A stretch of 64,000 nt of DNA from Perkinsus olseni (taxonomy: Eukaryota). The notes beneath the pieces were generated by a model, which was not told the origin of the DNA, searched no databases, and saw only the letters and a program-made list of their open reading frames with translations. Below, piece after piece: positions 49,267 to 61,801 of the stretch. The number at the start of each line of letters is the position of its first letter. Position 1 is the stretch's first letter. Both the position numbers and the translations under genes were made by a program. Where the stretch lies: positions 1 through 64,000 of the forward strand of contig JABANN010000063.1 of the NCBI GenBank assembly GCA_013115125.1. The letters are read 5' to 3'.

Positions 49267-50771
49267 CTACCGCTTCTTATACACGCACTCCGTGAGGATA
49301 GACGGGTCGATGTGAAGATCTTCGGGCGCGCGCTTTTTCAATCGGTTGAATCGGTAAATGTTGAAGTATGCTCTCGGCTGAACTTCCTTGCTGCTCATCT
49401 TGAAGCCACAGTTCTCAATGGCATCGATGAAGGCGTCGGAGTCCGATATCCGACTTTGCACCTCCGCCACCCAAAGGACTCCGCCGGGCTTCAAGCACCG
49501 CCACGCTTCCTTCACGAAGGAGGGCCAATCAACGCCTGAGATGAAACGGGTGGATCTTGTTTACCTATCTTTCCCTATGATCAACCTAAGATGCTTCGGC
49601 GAGGCAACAACAAGGACTCACCCATAAGGGCTAGACAGAAGACAGCCACGTCAAGTGCCCCATCTTCAAGCGGCACATCGGCCATGTTGCAGGCAGTGAC
49701 GGAGTCGTTCCGGGCGACGAGATCGAAGGAGTGAACTGTCCCTAGAAGAGAAAAACCCCTCCGGCGTTTGCTCCGACTATCCTCCTCCGTGAGAAGTTCG
49801 CTCATTCCTGACGGAAATTCCTATGACGTCAACAGCCCGTTAGTATGCTGTCATGTATCGTTGCGCGCAGACAGCAGTAGAAGACGACAGCGACTTCCTG
49901 GGGTGGACCGAACAAAGATTATTGATTCATACAGTAGCGTTAAAATACCACTTCGAACCTCGGCGGCCTGGAATCACCCTCGGCCATTCGAGCGTGAATA
50001 ACATCTTTCTAAAGCTATCCGCCCGTCAAATCCTGAGGTTGATCTTGGGTAACGCCCGAGAAGCACTACGGCGGAGGTAGCAGATGATGTGTTATACGGT
50101 GGAGACGGACTCCGCTGCCGCTTCGAGCTTTTCTATCATCTCATGACAATTGAAGGGTATCCTTATTCAGTGGGTTCGGTTTGCTATCAATACCATCACA
50201 CAGATGCTTCCATTGCACACATTTGACTCACTTCCGTCGACTCCGTTAAGGGTGGCGCTCAGCCTCGCCTCGCCGCAGCCAAAGTCCCCAATCTCCATCA
50301 GCTTAGAGTGTTTCCGTAGATAGGAAATGGCGACGTCTAAGGGGTTGGTGGGCCAGTCCACAGCTTGGGAAGCGAAACCTTTATGGTAGGCATCAAAGAG
50401 CTGCGGATCCTTCTGAAACATCTTGAACCTGACGAGCCAGATCGCATCATCGGACTTAGGGCGATGGCGACCCTACGCGTCGTCGCCGGTGCATGTGTAG
50501 AGGGCCTCGTTGAGCATGCGGAACTTGGCTCCTTCCAACTTGGTGGTCCCTAGGGCGAAAATCGGCCATGGCGACGTCGTTCGGGTTTCTCACTTCTTTT
50601 CGGTGCTTTTACTGACTGTGCAGCACCTGCAGCTTTCCGCTTCTTCTTGCCCGTCTCTTTCGCGATCAGCCCCCGATGAACACTCTTGGCAGCAGCTTTC
50701 TTCACACCCGGGTTCGATCCCGGCACCCGGCTTTTTTCCTTCGCCGCCGCGAATAATGATGAGAACATCAT
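49267..50771 (-). CDS. RRP8: Ribosomal RNA-processing protein 8 (rRNA m1A methyltransferase), multi-exon
   Basis: KLEGAKFRMLNEALYT, FDAYHKGF...WPTNPLD, IGDFGCGEARL, VHSFDLVA, VAVFCLALMG, EAWRCLKPGGVLWVAEVQSR, CVYKKR*. Confidence 0.94.
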
Positions 50772-50893
50772 GTAAAGTGCTCTCTACAACAACACCCGCT
50801 CCATCAGCCCACTGAGCGCAACAGAAAGGGTCTACACAGAAACTGCGAAGGCACATCAAGCGCAGCGAGAGGAACAAGGCACACCGAAGGTAT

Positions 50894-50967
50894 GTCACAG
50901 GACCACTAGTTGTAGTAGTACTAGTCACAGGACCACTAGTTGTAGTAGTACTAGTCACAGGACCACT
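50894..50967. repeat. 30-bp tandem repeat, about 2.5 copies
   Basis: GTCACAGGACCACTAGTTGTAGTAGTACTA twice plus a partial GTCACAGGACCACT. Confidence 0.95.
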
Positions 50968-52067
50968 TGTGAGGCTTCCAACGCATCAGACAGAATGCAA
51001 GATACTCAGGGTCGTCGTATGATTCTAGGCTATCTTGAACGATAATTTGCCCACTAGGTGTAAACGTAGCCAAGTTGCTCGGCAGACTGTTGCAGAGTTG
51101 ATCCGACTTCAGACCGAATCCAAGCCCCGGCTAATAACCACCAGGACCATCTGAGGGTTGGAGATCGGCTTGCGGTAAGCCTTGTTATTAGGTTTGCTGT
51201 AATAAACGGTGTTATCAGGCCAAAGGGCGAGACCCCGCTGGCCATAGACATAAATTCCCGCAAAGGCCCGAGTAGACTTGAATGGCTTCTACTGCCACAC
51301 CATCAAAAACACCGAGGAAAAGAAAACATCATACAGCGGACAACAGTAGGGTTGTTCAGCCCATCTGCCGTCTCCAAGGCCTCACTCGTCGGTTTACCAG
51401 CTACCAATACACGCGTAGATCAGTGACCATCACCTTGCGTGTACTGGTACACCGCATTCTTCTTCGAAGCTGTGGCGATCAGAAGACCAGTAGAATCATC
51501 ATAGGCTACACCACGAGAAGCTGGGATCTTAAGCCTCGACCGAATCTTACTTGTCCTTCAAACTTGTATCATGAGCGAGTTGCCGATTTCGCTGCAACAG
51601 CAAAACGGCAGAACCATTTAGACTAACTTGAATGTCGATGAGCTTGTCGCCCTCAGAAAGGACTTTAAACGAATCAACCGCGCTGGGCACTCGCCACAAA
51701 AATAGCAAATCGTCAACGTCGGGCGAAGCCGCGATAAAGCATCGGCCTTGCGAGTCAATGCTGAACGCACCCGTGGTGATATGTCCAGGAGGCACCATGT
51801 TGGGATAACATACAGAATCGATTACATCACTCGCCTCATTCTTTCACACCAATCTGGCGGAGTGGCTAGTAGAGAACATAACAATAATGTGAAGACCAAC
51901 AACGATGGTAGCATTGTTGTCGAAATACGAAGGAACTTGGAGTCTTAGCGAAGAAAACAATAAGAGTGCTTGCATGAGCATTCCACTGGGCAACCAGTGC
52001 ATACCGGACTCGACGGCATCCAAGATCTTCAATTCTTCTCATGTTGATTCTTCCCACGAGCGATGAG

Positions 52068-52519
52068 AGTCCACAGCTTGGGAAGGCGAAACCTTCAGAC
52101 TGAGGGCGATGGTAACCCTACGCGTCGTCGCCGGTGCATGTGTAGAGGGCCTCGTTGAGCATGCGGAACTTGGCTCCTTCCAACTTGGTGGTCCCTAGGG
52201 CGAAAATCGGCCATGACGACGTCGTTCGGGCTTCTCACGTTTTTTCGGTGCTTTTACTGACTGTGTAGCACCTGCAGCTTTCCGCTTCTTCTTGCCCGTC
52301 TCTTTCGCGATCGGCCCCGGATGAACACTCTTGGCAGCAGCTTTCTTCGCACCCTGGTTCGATCCCGGCCCCCGACTTTTTTCCTTCACCGCCGCGAATA
52401 ATGACGAGAACATAATGTTAAGTTCTCCTCACAAAACACCTCCGCTCCATCAGCCCACTGAGCGCAACAGAAGAGGTCTACAGAAACTGCGAGGGCGCAT
52501 CAAGCGCAGCGAGAGGAAC
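52068..52519 (-). pseudogene. RRP8: Truncated duplicate of the RRP8 5' region
   Basis: Highly similar to 50355-50875 (upstream region, first exons and introns). Has an internal deletion after AAACCTT and lacks the methyltransferase exons. Confidence 0.88.
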
Positions 52520-52522
52520 TTA

Positions 52523-55500
52523 TTATACACGTTTAACGGACAGTGATGGCGTTGATGATGATGCCGCTTGGAGGAGCTTCTCGATAGCCTTGCACTTCTC
52601 CTCTCCGTAAAGGGCGGCGTTTTTAGCATCAGAACCTCCTTCCTTCAGATGCCTGTCAGCTTCCTTCCCTAAAGAGAGCAAGATAGGGCCACTTCACGCG
52701 ACCGAGCAGCAGGCTACCAGTCATGACGAGCATGTTGCCGAGCACGGGCCTGTCAAGAGGGGCGGTGCCTTCATCCCACTTCCACCACACAAGAACCATA
52801 CCGCCCACTTGACCTGACGGATAAAAGCGTTGAGAAATTGCAAGAGAGCAAGATTTGCTCACCTGAAACAGCGCTTTTGCCACCGCAAACATCAGCGTAT
52901 ATCCGGTTAGCCTCCTTGAGACTAACGTAGTCGTCCAAGAGTCTGTGGGGGCACTCTGGGCCGACGGACTTGCGTATCTTCTCTTGCATTTTGCGGTACC
53001 TGCAGCACAGGAGCAACCAACCATGATGGCTTGCTGAGTGACCACCGGAGCCGCCATCAGCAATCACAAACAGACCCCAATCATAGGCATCAGAAATGTG
53101 AACTAAGAAGCTCATAGTCGGGGTTGAATAATTTGATATCTTTCCCTCCAAAGCACTAATTTTCTTGCGTTCGTTTGCCGTGCACTAGGTATGGTCGAGC
53201 ATGCGATGGACTGTTGAAGGCCACTGGTATTCTTTGCTGAGTTGCAGCGCCCCGAATCACACTGATGGAGCACTGGAATCAACCCTGCGGGTTTCACAAA
53301 CGGTTAAAACTTGAGCTTTTCTACGCTAGAGTGGCAGAGGAAAAGAAGTACACGAAGATGCCACTGAGGGACTACAGTGGTCGTGTGAGTGTAGCACCAA
53401 AATTCAGCCTCAGTACGATTGGTAAAATCTCCCTCGTCCGTCATACCGCCACGGCCGGAATCTTACTGTTTGGGTCCCACAGCCTCCATTGCTGCGGGGG
53501 ACATGGGTTGGCCAGCCAGCTCGGTGAGAACATGTGCCGCTATGGCGTTGCCGTAGATGGCCGGCAGGGGAGCTATCACCGGCAGGATTCGAACCTGCGT
53601 CAACGGAGATGAGCCCAATGCAGCGGTCGCGACCTATCGAACCGGAGAAGATCTCAATGTGGAGACGCGCGCCGGGATTTCATGGAGCTCTTTTCTAGTG
53701 GTAGTGATCAGCACAGGGTTCCCAAATGATCAACCGTAGCCCGGCTTGCTCCACGGTAAACATCCCCCGATCAGAAGGCGATGAGGGCCGCTGCCGCCGG
53801 GCCGCTTCCTAGATGAAAGGGTATCCACAGCCAAGGGTACACCGGCAGTAGCGACTACCGCAATGGAAGTCGTCAGCAACGTGTCGAGAGCGGAGTAAAA
53901 GGCACGCGGAGCAGTCTCATTCTCATGAAGCGCAACGCTCGACAATGACCTCCATGGCGGCGTTGATCCAAGCGACGGCTAACTCGGAATTTTTCCAAGG
54001 TTTGGAACTCTCCAGGATTCTCTTCCTGAAAGTCCTTCAACGGCAGTAGGCCTCGAGTGGGCTTCTGAACAGCGAGATCTGTGATGTGCATGCATCGACC
54101 TCAAGATACTCCCAACCTCTGTCGAGTAGATCGCGTAGATCTTCTTCAAATCCTGCTCTCCACCCTGACGTAAAATAACAAAAAAGATTCCTTTCAGTAC
54201 TCAACCAAGTAATACCACAACACGAACAAATATAAAGATATTCTTCGCGGTGCGCTGACCTAAGCCCTCATCTCGAGACCAGTAAATTGCATGAATCTTT
54301 GATCACTATCAACAGTAAATATCGTTCCAATTCACCGATTCCGCGTCGACCAGATCAATCGAGTGGCAGCCGATACTATCAACGCTGAGCGTGTCCGAGG
54401 ATTTTGGTATCTGTGATTGTGTGGGTACACAATCCATTTGTCCCCTAGTGCTGGTAGTAGGCTCTTATCAGTATCACTCATGTCGAGTTCGGGTGATAAC
54501 AGTATCCACCAGCGGATCTTCCGTGAAATACAGAATACACCTACCTCCTTAGCCTTGACCCTCTGCTTGACCGCTTTGCACAGCTCATCCTCCTTAGTGT
54601 TGTTTAACGTAGTGATCCTAATTCTGGTAGGGTCGCACTTGCAGGCGGCACCGCCGGAGCAAACGACTTTGATATTCCGACTAGCACAGTAACTGAGCAG
54701 CGTATATACTCGTACGCTGACTTTGGTACGGCCGACAGTTTCCTCGCGAATTCGAGAATTTTTGGTATGAAGGAAGCCTGTCTCAACTTTCAAGAAAATA
54801 GTTACGATGTTGTTATCGATGATGCAGGGAGATCAACAGCGGCGAGGAGAGCCCAGGGGATCCCCAGAATTACACCGACCTACGACCATTGGTCTGTATA
54901 TTCTCGATACCACTCCTCCCCCAAATTATCGGATAGCGCCCAATGTCCCCTGCTGGTAGTACTGTAGAAGATCCGCCTTGGTTGGTAGATTATCAATAGC
55001 ATCAATAACGAAATCAGGCTTGAAGTCCGCGATGAGGGCATCCGCATCCTTCAACGAAAACAGCGATTCAACGGCGTCCACCTGAGTATCCAACTTTCCC
55101 GATCTTCACAGAGCGAAGTATCTTCCCGCCACGCGTGCATTTCATAGAAAAGGATACTCTCAGCTTCACCGATTCCACCCTACAGAGACACCAGCATGAC
55201 CTACATCGCAAAAAGGGTTAAACTTGTGGATGAATTCCTTGACGGCCTGTACCTTAGGGACACCGACGTCGTCCCAGGTACCAGCCGCGTGACGATTTAG
55301 TGAAGATACGGTAAGACGATCGAAGTCGATCAGCCGTATGTGGCCTGAGGGAAGGAACCAGCAGCTCATACGAGAAGGCCACCACTGTCTAGTTTCTTCG
55401 CGAGAAACCGCTAAGTTGCACGGAAAACACAGGTGAGCGTGTGGACCCGACTGGTAGCCAGGCGTAGCAGCAGTCCGCAAAGATCGAGCAAGACGCGCAG

Positions 55501-56961
55501 CCTTCGAGCGTCCAAGTGGGACGGAATAGACGGAAAATTGCAATTTTCGGGTTGACACATGCAGGTGAAGTTCGACGACGAACGCAGCAGGTCAAAGACT
55601 AGACTGTCGCCCGACCAAATGTTCCAACTAACTATTATGCCGAGAAATTCCGTAGACGAGGCTCTACAACGCACGACAGCTGATCTTGATGACGTAGAGC
55701 CTGGGAAGCCGAAGAACCTCAGAGGGCAACACGGTTGTTCACGATTAACTCATGTTGGTAATATACACAACGCACGCTTGTACAGTGAAGCTTCACCGTT
55801 AACTCGCGAAGTGAAAAACCCCGATATAATAAGCGAACTGTTCTATCACTAGGGTTTCTCATCTCGCGGAAGGAAATCCGATGTCCGGCATTGTCCTCTC
55901 CCCTCCCGGCAGTACTACCAATGCCGCTGCGGGCTAGAGTGACAGCTGCATGGCTGCCCACACCGCCCAGGCCGACTACGACCACTCGAGCGTTCATGAT
56001 GTCGTTCTGGCCTTCCTCGCCGAAGAATTGGTAATTACGGACGAACTGCTCATCCAGTACTGAGAATAGTAATAGGAGTTTCACGCGCATTCGTTGAGGC
56101 GAAGTGAGGAGTAATGAATATAATGAATCACAGGCCATGCGGGCGACGATATAAGGGAAATGTGGTATTGTCAATAGGAAATGATGGATTCAATTGCCAT
56201 ATAATAATCATCGACCAATTTTATCAAGTGAAATAGATACCAAATTTCCACCTAATGTTACACTGCGCTGCTGGAAGAACTCCAAACAGTCAGGATGGCA
56301 GATAGGGGATTTTACGGAAAGATTTTTCTTCTAACATTTTCATTCCCAGAGGGGGGCGGAGAGGACTCAGTCAGCCGAGGTTCCCATAGATGCTGCTAGC
56401 CCTCTAGTTGAGCCCAAGCAGTACGATCCAGCGCTCCAGATACCGGGGGGGGTTACTACCAACTTGGTCTTTGGTGACCTTATCTCCAACAACGGTGGCA
56501 TCGGCAGCAGCGGCAGCCTGGCCCTTCTTCAGGGCATTGTCGAGTAGTCGTTGTTCTCTGGAGCGCGAGCAGCACTGGGAGATTCTGAAAGATACGCCGA
56601 GTTGAGTAAAGATACGGCGAGGTGAGTAAAGATACGGCGAGTTGAGTAAAGATACGGCGAGTTGAGTAAAGATACGACGAGTTGAGTAAAGATACGGCGA
56701 GTTGAGTAAAGATACGACGAGTTGAGTAAAGATACGACGAGTTGAGTAAAGATACGGCGAGTTGAGTAAAGATACGGCGAGTTGAGTGAAGATACGGCGA
56801 GTTGAGTAAAGATACGCCGAGTTGAGTAAAGATACGGCGAGTTGAGTAAAGATACGCCGAGTTGAGCAGGAACACTACCCAAGGCTCAGAGCAGCTCCGG
56901 TGGCGACACCGAGGCCTGCCAGGAAAGAAGGGAAGTTGAAGGTAGGTTGACGCTCGCTCAT
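52523..56961 (-). CDS. TCD1: tRNA threonylcarbamoyladenosine dehydratase (TcdA/TCD1-2, ThiF/E1-like), multi-exon
   Basis: N-terminal hydrophobic anchor, EQFVRNYQFFGEEG, VVVVGLGGVGSHAA, RLIDFDRLTVSSLNRHA, FVIDAIDN, SGGAACKCDPTRI, IYSTE, GLLPL, VRILPVIAPLPAIYG. Stop TAA at 52523-52525. Confidence 0.92.
56588..56866. repeat. 20-bp minisatellite (about 14 copies) filling intron 1 of TCD1
   Basis: Unit AAAGATACG(G/C/A)CGAGTTGAGT repeated head-to-tail with few substitutions. Confidence 0.97.
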
Positions 56962-57164
56962 TATATACAGAAAGATACTGATGAGAGGTGAGATAGTTTC
57001 AACTTGGAGGGGCTGCTAAGAGGCGCAGTCGTCGATGGACGGTCACAGCCTTCACGATGTGAAGTTCACATCGGGTGATGATCTCAACTTGCCAATCTTG
57101 AAAAATCTTGCATTTCCTCAACGGTTCTGCGCGTGTCGCGATAGCAGGCGTGGGTATCTTTGTC

Positions 57165-59510
57165 ATGCCTGATTTCCGATCCGCAGAAGATGAGTATTTG
57201 CGTGTCGCCTTCTTGGAGGGCCAATCGCAGGCGGAGGAAATATCTGGCCACTTAGAGAGGATGCGGAGGCTGTGTAAATGGTAGGAGGACCTGGTTGACC
57301 TATTTTGTATCTTGCATGCTCGAGCGTAAGATACACAAGATCGCAGGTACCTGGCCGGTCCCAATCGAGAAGTTAAACCAGAGTTTGTGGATGAAGCTCA
57401 TGGGTTGTTGTCTGTAATAGCAACCCGAACTCAACCTGTTTCGTATCTTCCACGCATGAGCTCAAGATACTCTCAGGCCCAGCAAGCTCGTAGCCGAGTA
57501 GAAGCGATGTTCCACGAAATAGTTCAACTTCAAGAGGCCCTGACCGCCTCCGTAATATCTCTGCGTATCTTCCCGTTTCTTTGAAGGGAGGTTAACCTAA
57601 TCTGTCATAGGTCGACTTGGCGGCAAAGATACGCGAAACGGAGCGGATGGTCCTATCTGACTCCGAGAGTATCTTTCTAACTTCCCTACTGGGTCTTCAA
57701 TCACGGATAGAAACCATTCGAGAATTGGGTAAAGCTTCTCATACCCTTGCTACTCCGAATCTTCCCCGGATCAACCTCGGATACGCCCGCTATCGCCAGG
57801 TCACCTCGAAAGTCGAAAGCAGCGGCAGCGTCTTCGGCAGGCAGTCCGAGTGACTGCCGAGAGATTCTCCGTCCAGATTCAGCATGGGATTCTCCGGGAA
57901 GCTCTGGCGGTGTGGTCAGCCTGGGCAACACTGCATAGAGAAAGGCGAGAGGAGGTACCTCCCTGCTCTGTAGTTGCCCCTGTGATCTCTCTTGGGTAGG
58001 TATCTAAGGTCGAAGCTGGCAGACAGCGGATGGAGGTTCAAGTGCGAGAGAAAGATGCGGAAATCGATCGGGTAGGGTGGGGGGAGGGGCAATGGAACGC
58101 ATCATACTGGGCGGACGTGTGTCAAAAGGACTTTTGACGAATCGTTGTTTCTGTAATTTAACAACATTGAAAACGTCACTTTCGCGTGGCTCGGTATGAG
58201 TCATGAGAAGTGGGTTCTTTGGTTTTCTCTGCTGCCAAGATGCTTCTCACGAAAATGAGCGGATCCGATCTACGTGGGTCCCTTAATTACTCTTGTAGAT
58301 TGTGCATTACTTTCAACCCAAGGTTATTAGATACGAAAGCGAGGGGTCGACTCGCGCCGGACCATCGTCGCCTTGCTCGGGACGAGTGACGAGAGGATTC
58401 TGTTGGCGGCTGTTGTGTATCGATGGAAGCTTGCGGTGGGTCGTGTATGGCATCATTACGGTGGAAAGGCGAAGTATGTAGGCTGAGGCGGGCAAGCTCG
58501 ATCGGGAGAGGGCAGCGAAGGACTTCACGGAAGAGCGTCGGAGGCTTTTGGATGAGGTAATGGGAGGATCTGCGAGTCGGGGATGGAGTGGTATGAATTA
58601 ACAGTTGGTACGGATGAGTACACCGGCCCTTTAAAATGACGAACCTCTTGTACAGTCTGTAGAGAGAAAATGTAACATGTCAAGAGTGAGGCCGCTAGTA
58701 GCGCGAGAACGGCGGTGACAGCATTGAAGCAGTGATGAAGTAGTGAGTACTGCTGCCTCGAATCCCGACAGCAACAGCTGTTCGTTCCTCGTGACAGAGT
58801 GGCCTCTGTATCTGGCATAGTGGACTCATTGCTGCATGTGGCATTGTGGCCTGTGCGTGTTCTATCGTTTCTCGTTACAGCTTGCCTTGTATATCCTCTT
58901 TCATTGTCTAGTTCCCTTTCTCCCAGATAACGGATTTGAGGACTCGTGGCGACGCCCTTGTTGCGGTCATTGAAAAAGAACGCCAACGGGTGGAGGAGGG
59001 AAAGGCGGAAAGTGAGTAGACTGGACGACCTGGTGGTCTCGGGCGAGCGCTTTCTGCGTAGATGGGTCCTTGAGGGAGGAGCTATCGGGGGCTCTGAGTT
59101 CTCGGGCAGCAGCGTTGTCAGAGTTGGGGGAATCTAAGGTTGGAGCGTGCGTCTGATGGAAGGAGTATCTTTGTTATGGTCAGGAGAAGGTGGAATCTAT
59201 CCGGAGGGAACTGGATACTCGAGAAGCCGAGCTTGATAGTTGCCAACGTCGCCTTGAACAGTTCGAAACCGCTGCGGAAATCAGTATGCTGCTTCGCTCC
59301 GCTGTCAAAAAGTTTTTTTTGTCATTAGAGTCTCCCGTGCGTGTGATAGTCGAGCAGAGGGATCTTATAGGGAACCTTCAGCGTGAGCGGATTGGACTTT
59401 TGAAGCGGCTTCAGCTTGGGGGCGGCGACCAAGCTGGATGGGCCTGTCAGGTCAGGACGAGGCCTCGGGAAGGGAGGGCGGATGGTGTTGCCTCAGATGT
59501 GCCAGCGTAG
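57165..59510 (+). CDS. Hypothetical coiled-coil protein, multi-exon (approximate model)
   Basis: Helical exon segments: MPDFRSAEDEYLRV, QARSRVEAMFHEIVQLQE, LAAKIRETERM, ESIRRELDTREAELDSCQRRLEQF. Confidence 0.45.
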
Positions 59511-60618
59511 AGTGGTAGCGAAGACTAGGATACCGAGAGAGAATCTTAGGTCGACCCGAGGGATATGGACATCGACGTCCACTTGTGACTCGTGGATGGA
59601 GGCGGGTGAGATGCCGGGCGGTGATGGGGCTACTCGATGGCTTCCTTGTCTTGTGGGGGGAATTCTCATTAGTGTTTGATTGTGCTTGGGGGTAGTAGAA
59701 GTAGGCGATTTACGGTATCGTTCATGATGTTTTTAAATTACCAGACTTCGAGGATGTATGACAATTTCCGCCGAGTCGTGCTGCCTGTGGTACGGGGTGG
59801 TGGCCCTTCATAGCCACAGAGGGGTTCTGATGCGAGGGTATTCGCTAATTTCTCCCGTGGAACCACAGTATTACGGAGTTCTACCAACCCTGGTCGGTGA
59901 CACGCTCATCAACGAGCTTGTGACTTCTAGCTTAACTCACTACTGTATGACTAACCCAAGTCGCAGCGTCTACGGTTAGCTAATGCAAAAGCCTATAATA
60001 AAGATCAATGGGAGACGGGGGAGACGGGGAGCTATTGAGAGGCGTCACGTCTCAGCGTCACGGGCGTACGCGGTCGTAGCTGGCGTGCGCGTGTAGTTCG
60101 CGTGGAGCGACACTGTTGTACGGTCCAGAGCCGGGCTGTGCTGCTGTGGTAGTATCAAGGGTAGACTCCCGCTCTGACTTGCCCTGTCTGTTATGATGAC
60201 GATGAGCTGCGGCTATGAGTATCTGTGTCTGTTAACTAGGTGAGCAGCATGCTGGTCCACCTTTGGTCGGGTATGAGTTTGCTCAGACACCAGTCGCAGC
60301 TCAGGGCACGCTAGCATCAGCTCTGGGTAGAATCACTTTTCTTTCATGACAGGTAGTAGTAGAAGCCCGAGGTCCCTTCGGACGATGACCAGCAGCACGT
60401 TATCGAGGCTGCCGTCTATACAGTCCACGAGAATTACTACCACACCATCCTCACCTTCTTTCAGAAGACGGCCCGAGTGGGCTATCTAGTGTTCACAACC
60501 ACATGTATTCATCACCCCTTTGGGTTGCCCCCTTCGCCCTCGGGTTGGGTTGCAAAGACCGATTTGGTTGGGGATTTTCGGAGTTACTGTTCGTTCAGCT
60601 TCAGCTTACTTCGTTCGT

Positions 60619-61431
60619 ATGGCGGATAATGTTGTAGTCGTCCTGTGCGGTCTTCCGGCGTCGGGTAAGTCTACATTGGCGGAAAAGTTAAAAGTTGGGC
60701 GGAGCGACGCGATTCATGTTGTTGATTATGATGCCATCAACAGGAGGCTTCTCGGAGAGAAAGATACGCCGAAAAAGGAATTTGACCCCGAGGTCTGGAG
60801 GCAAAGTCGGCAGCTGGCTCTGGAGGAGATGAGGACCATTTTGGGGCGCGCGGGAAAATCTATTGTGATTATGGATGATAACCACTTCTTACGGTCGATG
60901 CGGAAGAGCGTGAGCAAGGCTGCCTGGGAGGCCGGTGCCGGCGTCTGCTGTGTTTGCGTTGCTTGCCCGTTGGAGGTGTGCTTGCGGAGGAACTTTGACC
61001 GGAGTTCGGGGAGGGTGCCCTCGGGGGTCATTACCAGTATGTTCGAGGTCATGGAAGCGCCCGAGAGAGGAAACGGGGAGGCGGAAGGGCAGGTTGGATG
61101 GGAACGCAAGATTCCTGTTGTTCATGTCAAGAATAATGATGAAGATTCTTTGATTGAAATCGATCACGCGATCGATTTGGCCAGGAAGCAGGGAATACCG
61201 GAATTCCGAGATTCCGAGCCGGAGCCTGTCACTGTAGTGGAACAGTGCGAGACCAGGATGCGGCGAGTTGTGTCTAGCATGGTCGCCAAGGCCGTGGGGC
61301 GACGAAAATCCGAGATTGCCAGATCTTTGTCGAAGGTAAAATCCGAATTTATGAGCAAAGTTAAGGAGGACCCGACGACGGCAGAGGAGATAGTTAATGA
61401 ATTCATACGGGTTGCAGGAGAATTCAGCTGA
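60619..61431 (+). CDS. PSTK: O-phosphoseryl-tRNA(Sec) kinase-like P-loop kinase, intronless
   Basis: LCGLPASGKST (Walker A), VDYD, WRQSR, IMDDNHFLRSMR, CPLEVCLRRN, MEAP...WE and a C-terminal helical domain (CETRMRRVVSSMV). Closer to PSTK than KTI12 by motif. Confidence 0.8.
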   Translation: MADNVVVVLCGLPASGKSTLAEKLKVGRSDAIHVVDYDAINRRLLGEKDTPKKEFDPEVWRQSRQLALEEMRTILGRAGKSIVIMDDNHFLRSMRKSVSKAAWEAGAGVCCVCVACPLEVCLRRNFDRSSGRVPSGVITSMFEVMEAPERGNGEAEGQVGWERKIPVVHVKNNDEDSLIEIDHAIDLARKQGIPEFRDSEPEPVTVVEQCETRMRRVVSSMVAKAVGRRKSEIARSLSKVKSEFMSKVKEDPTTAEEIVNEFIRVAGEFS

Positions 61432-61801
61432 CCAGTTGTGTGTCATTCAGTGTTTCCTCATCGTCTTTTTGTGGTGTCTGGCGCTTGGAGTAGATGAAGA
61501 AGCATGCCTGTCGTAAAGATGTGCCCCGGTTAGTGAACTCGGAGCTACTGGAAAAATAGTGGAATCTTTTGGAGGGTTCGTGGCTGCTCATCTTGAATGC
61601 CTCAATGTGACCCGGATGGCAAATGCCATGGAGAACGGATCGTTGGAGGAATAATAATGAGTGTTGTTTTTCAACTGTCATACCGTAACATTCTCCATGC
61701 CAGTATGAGAGTGTCCTTGGCGTCGTATCTTTATCACTGTACCTTATTTTGTACTAATTCCGCGGCTGGTGCTTGTCAGCGGCACCGCAGCTTCTACCGC
61801 A

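Noticed and set aside
53575..53601. Minus-strand GCAGGTTCGAATCCTGCCGGTGA resembling a tRNA-Ser/Leu T arm
   Set aside because: Explained by a TCD1 splice acceptor (CAG) plus exon sequence encoding VRILPVI; no cloverleaf can be built.
53733..53750. ACCGTAGCC matching the start of the perkinsid/dinoflagellate spliced leader
   Set aside because: Only 9 nt match, the rest of the SL and its GT donor are absent, and it is antisense within an intron.
56480..56882. Repetitive ORFs (STRRIFTQL...) and a CRISPR-like look of the 20-bp array
   Set aside because: Head-to-tail repeats with no spacers or cas genes; the array lies inside an intron, so the ORFs are artefacts.
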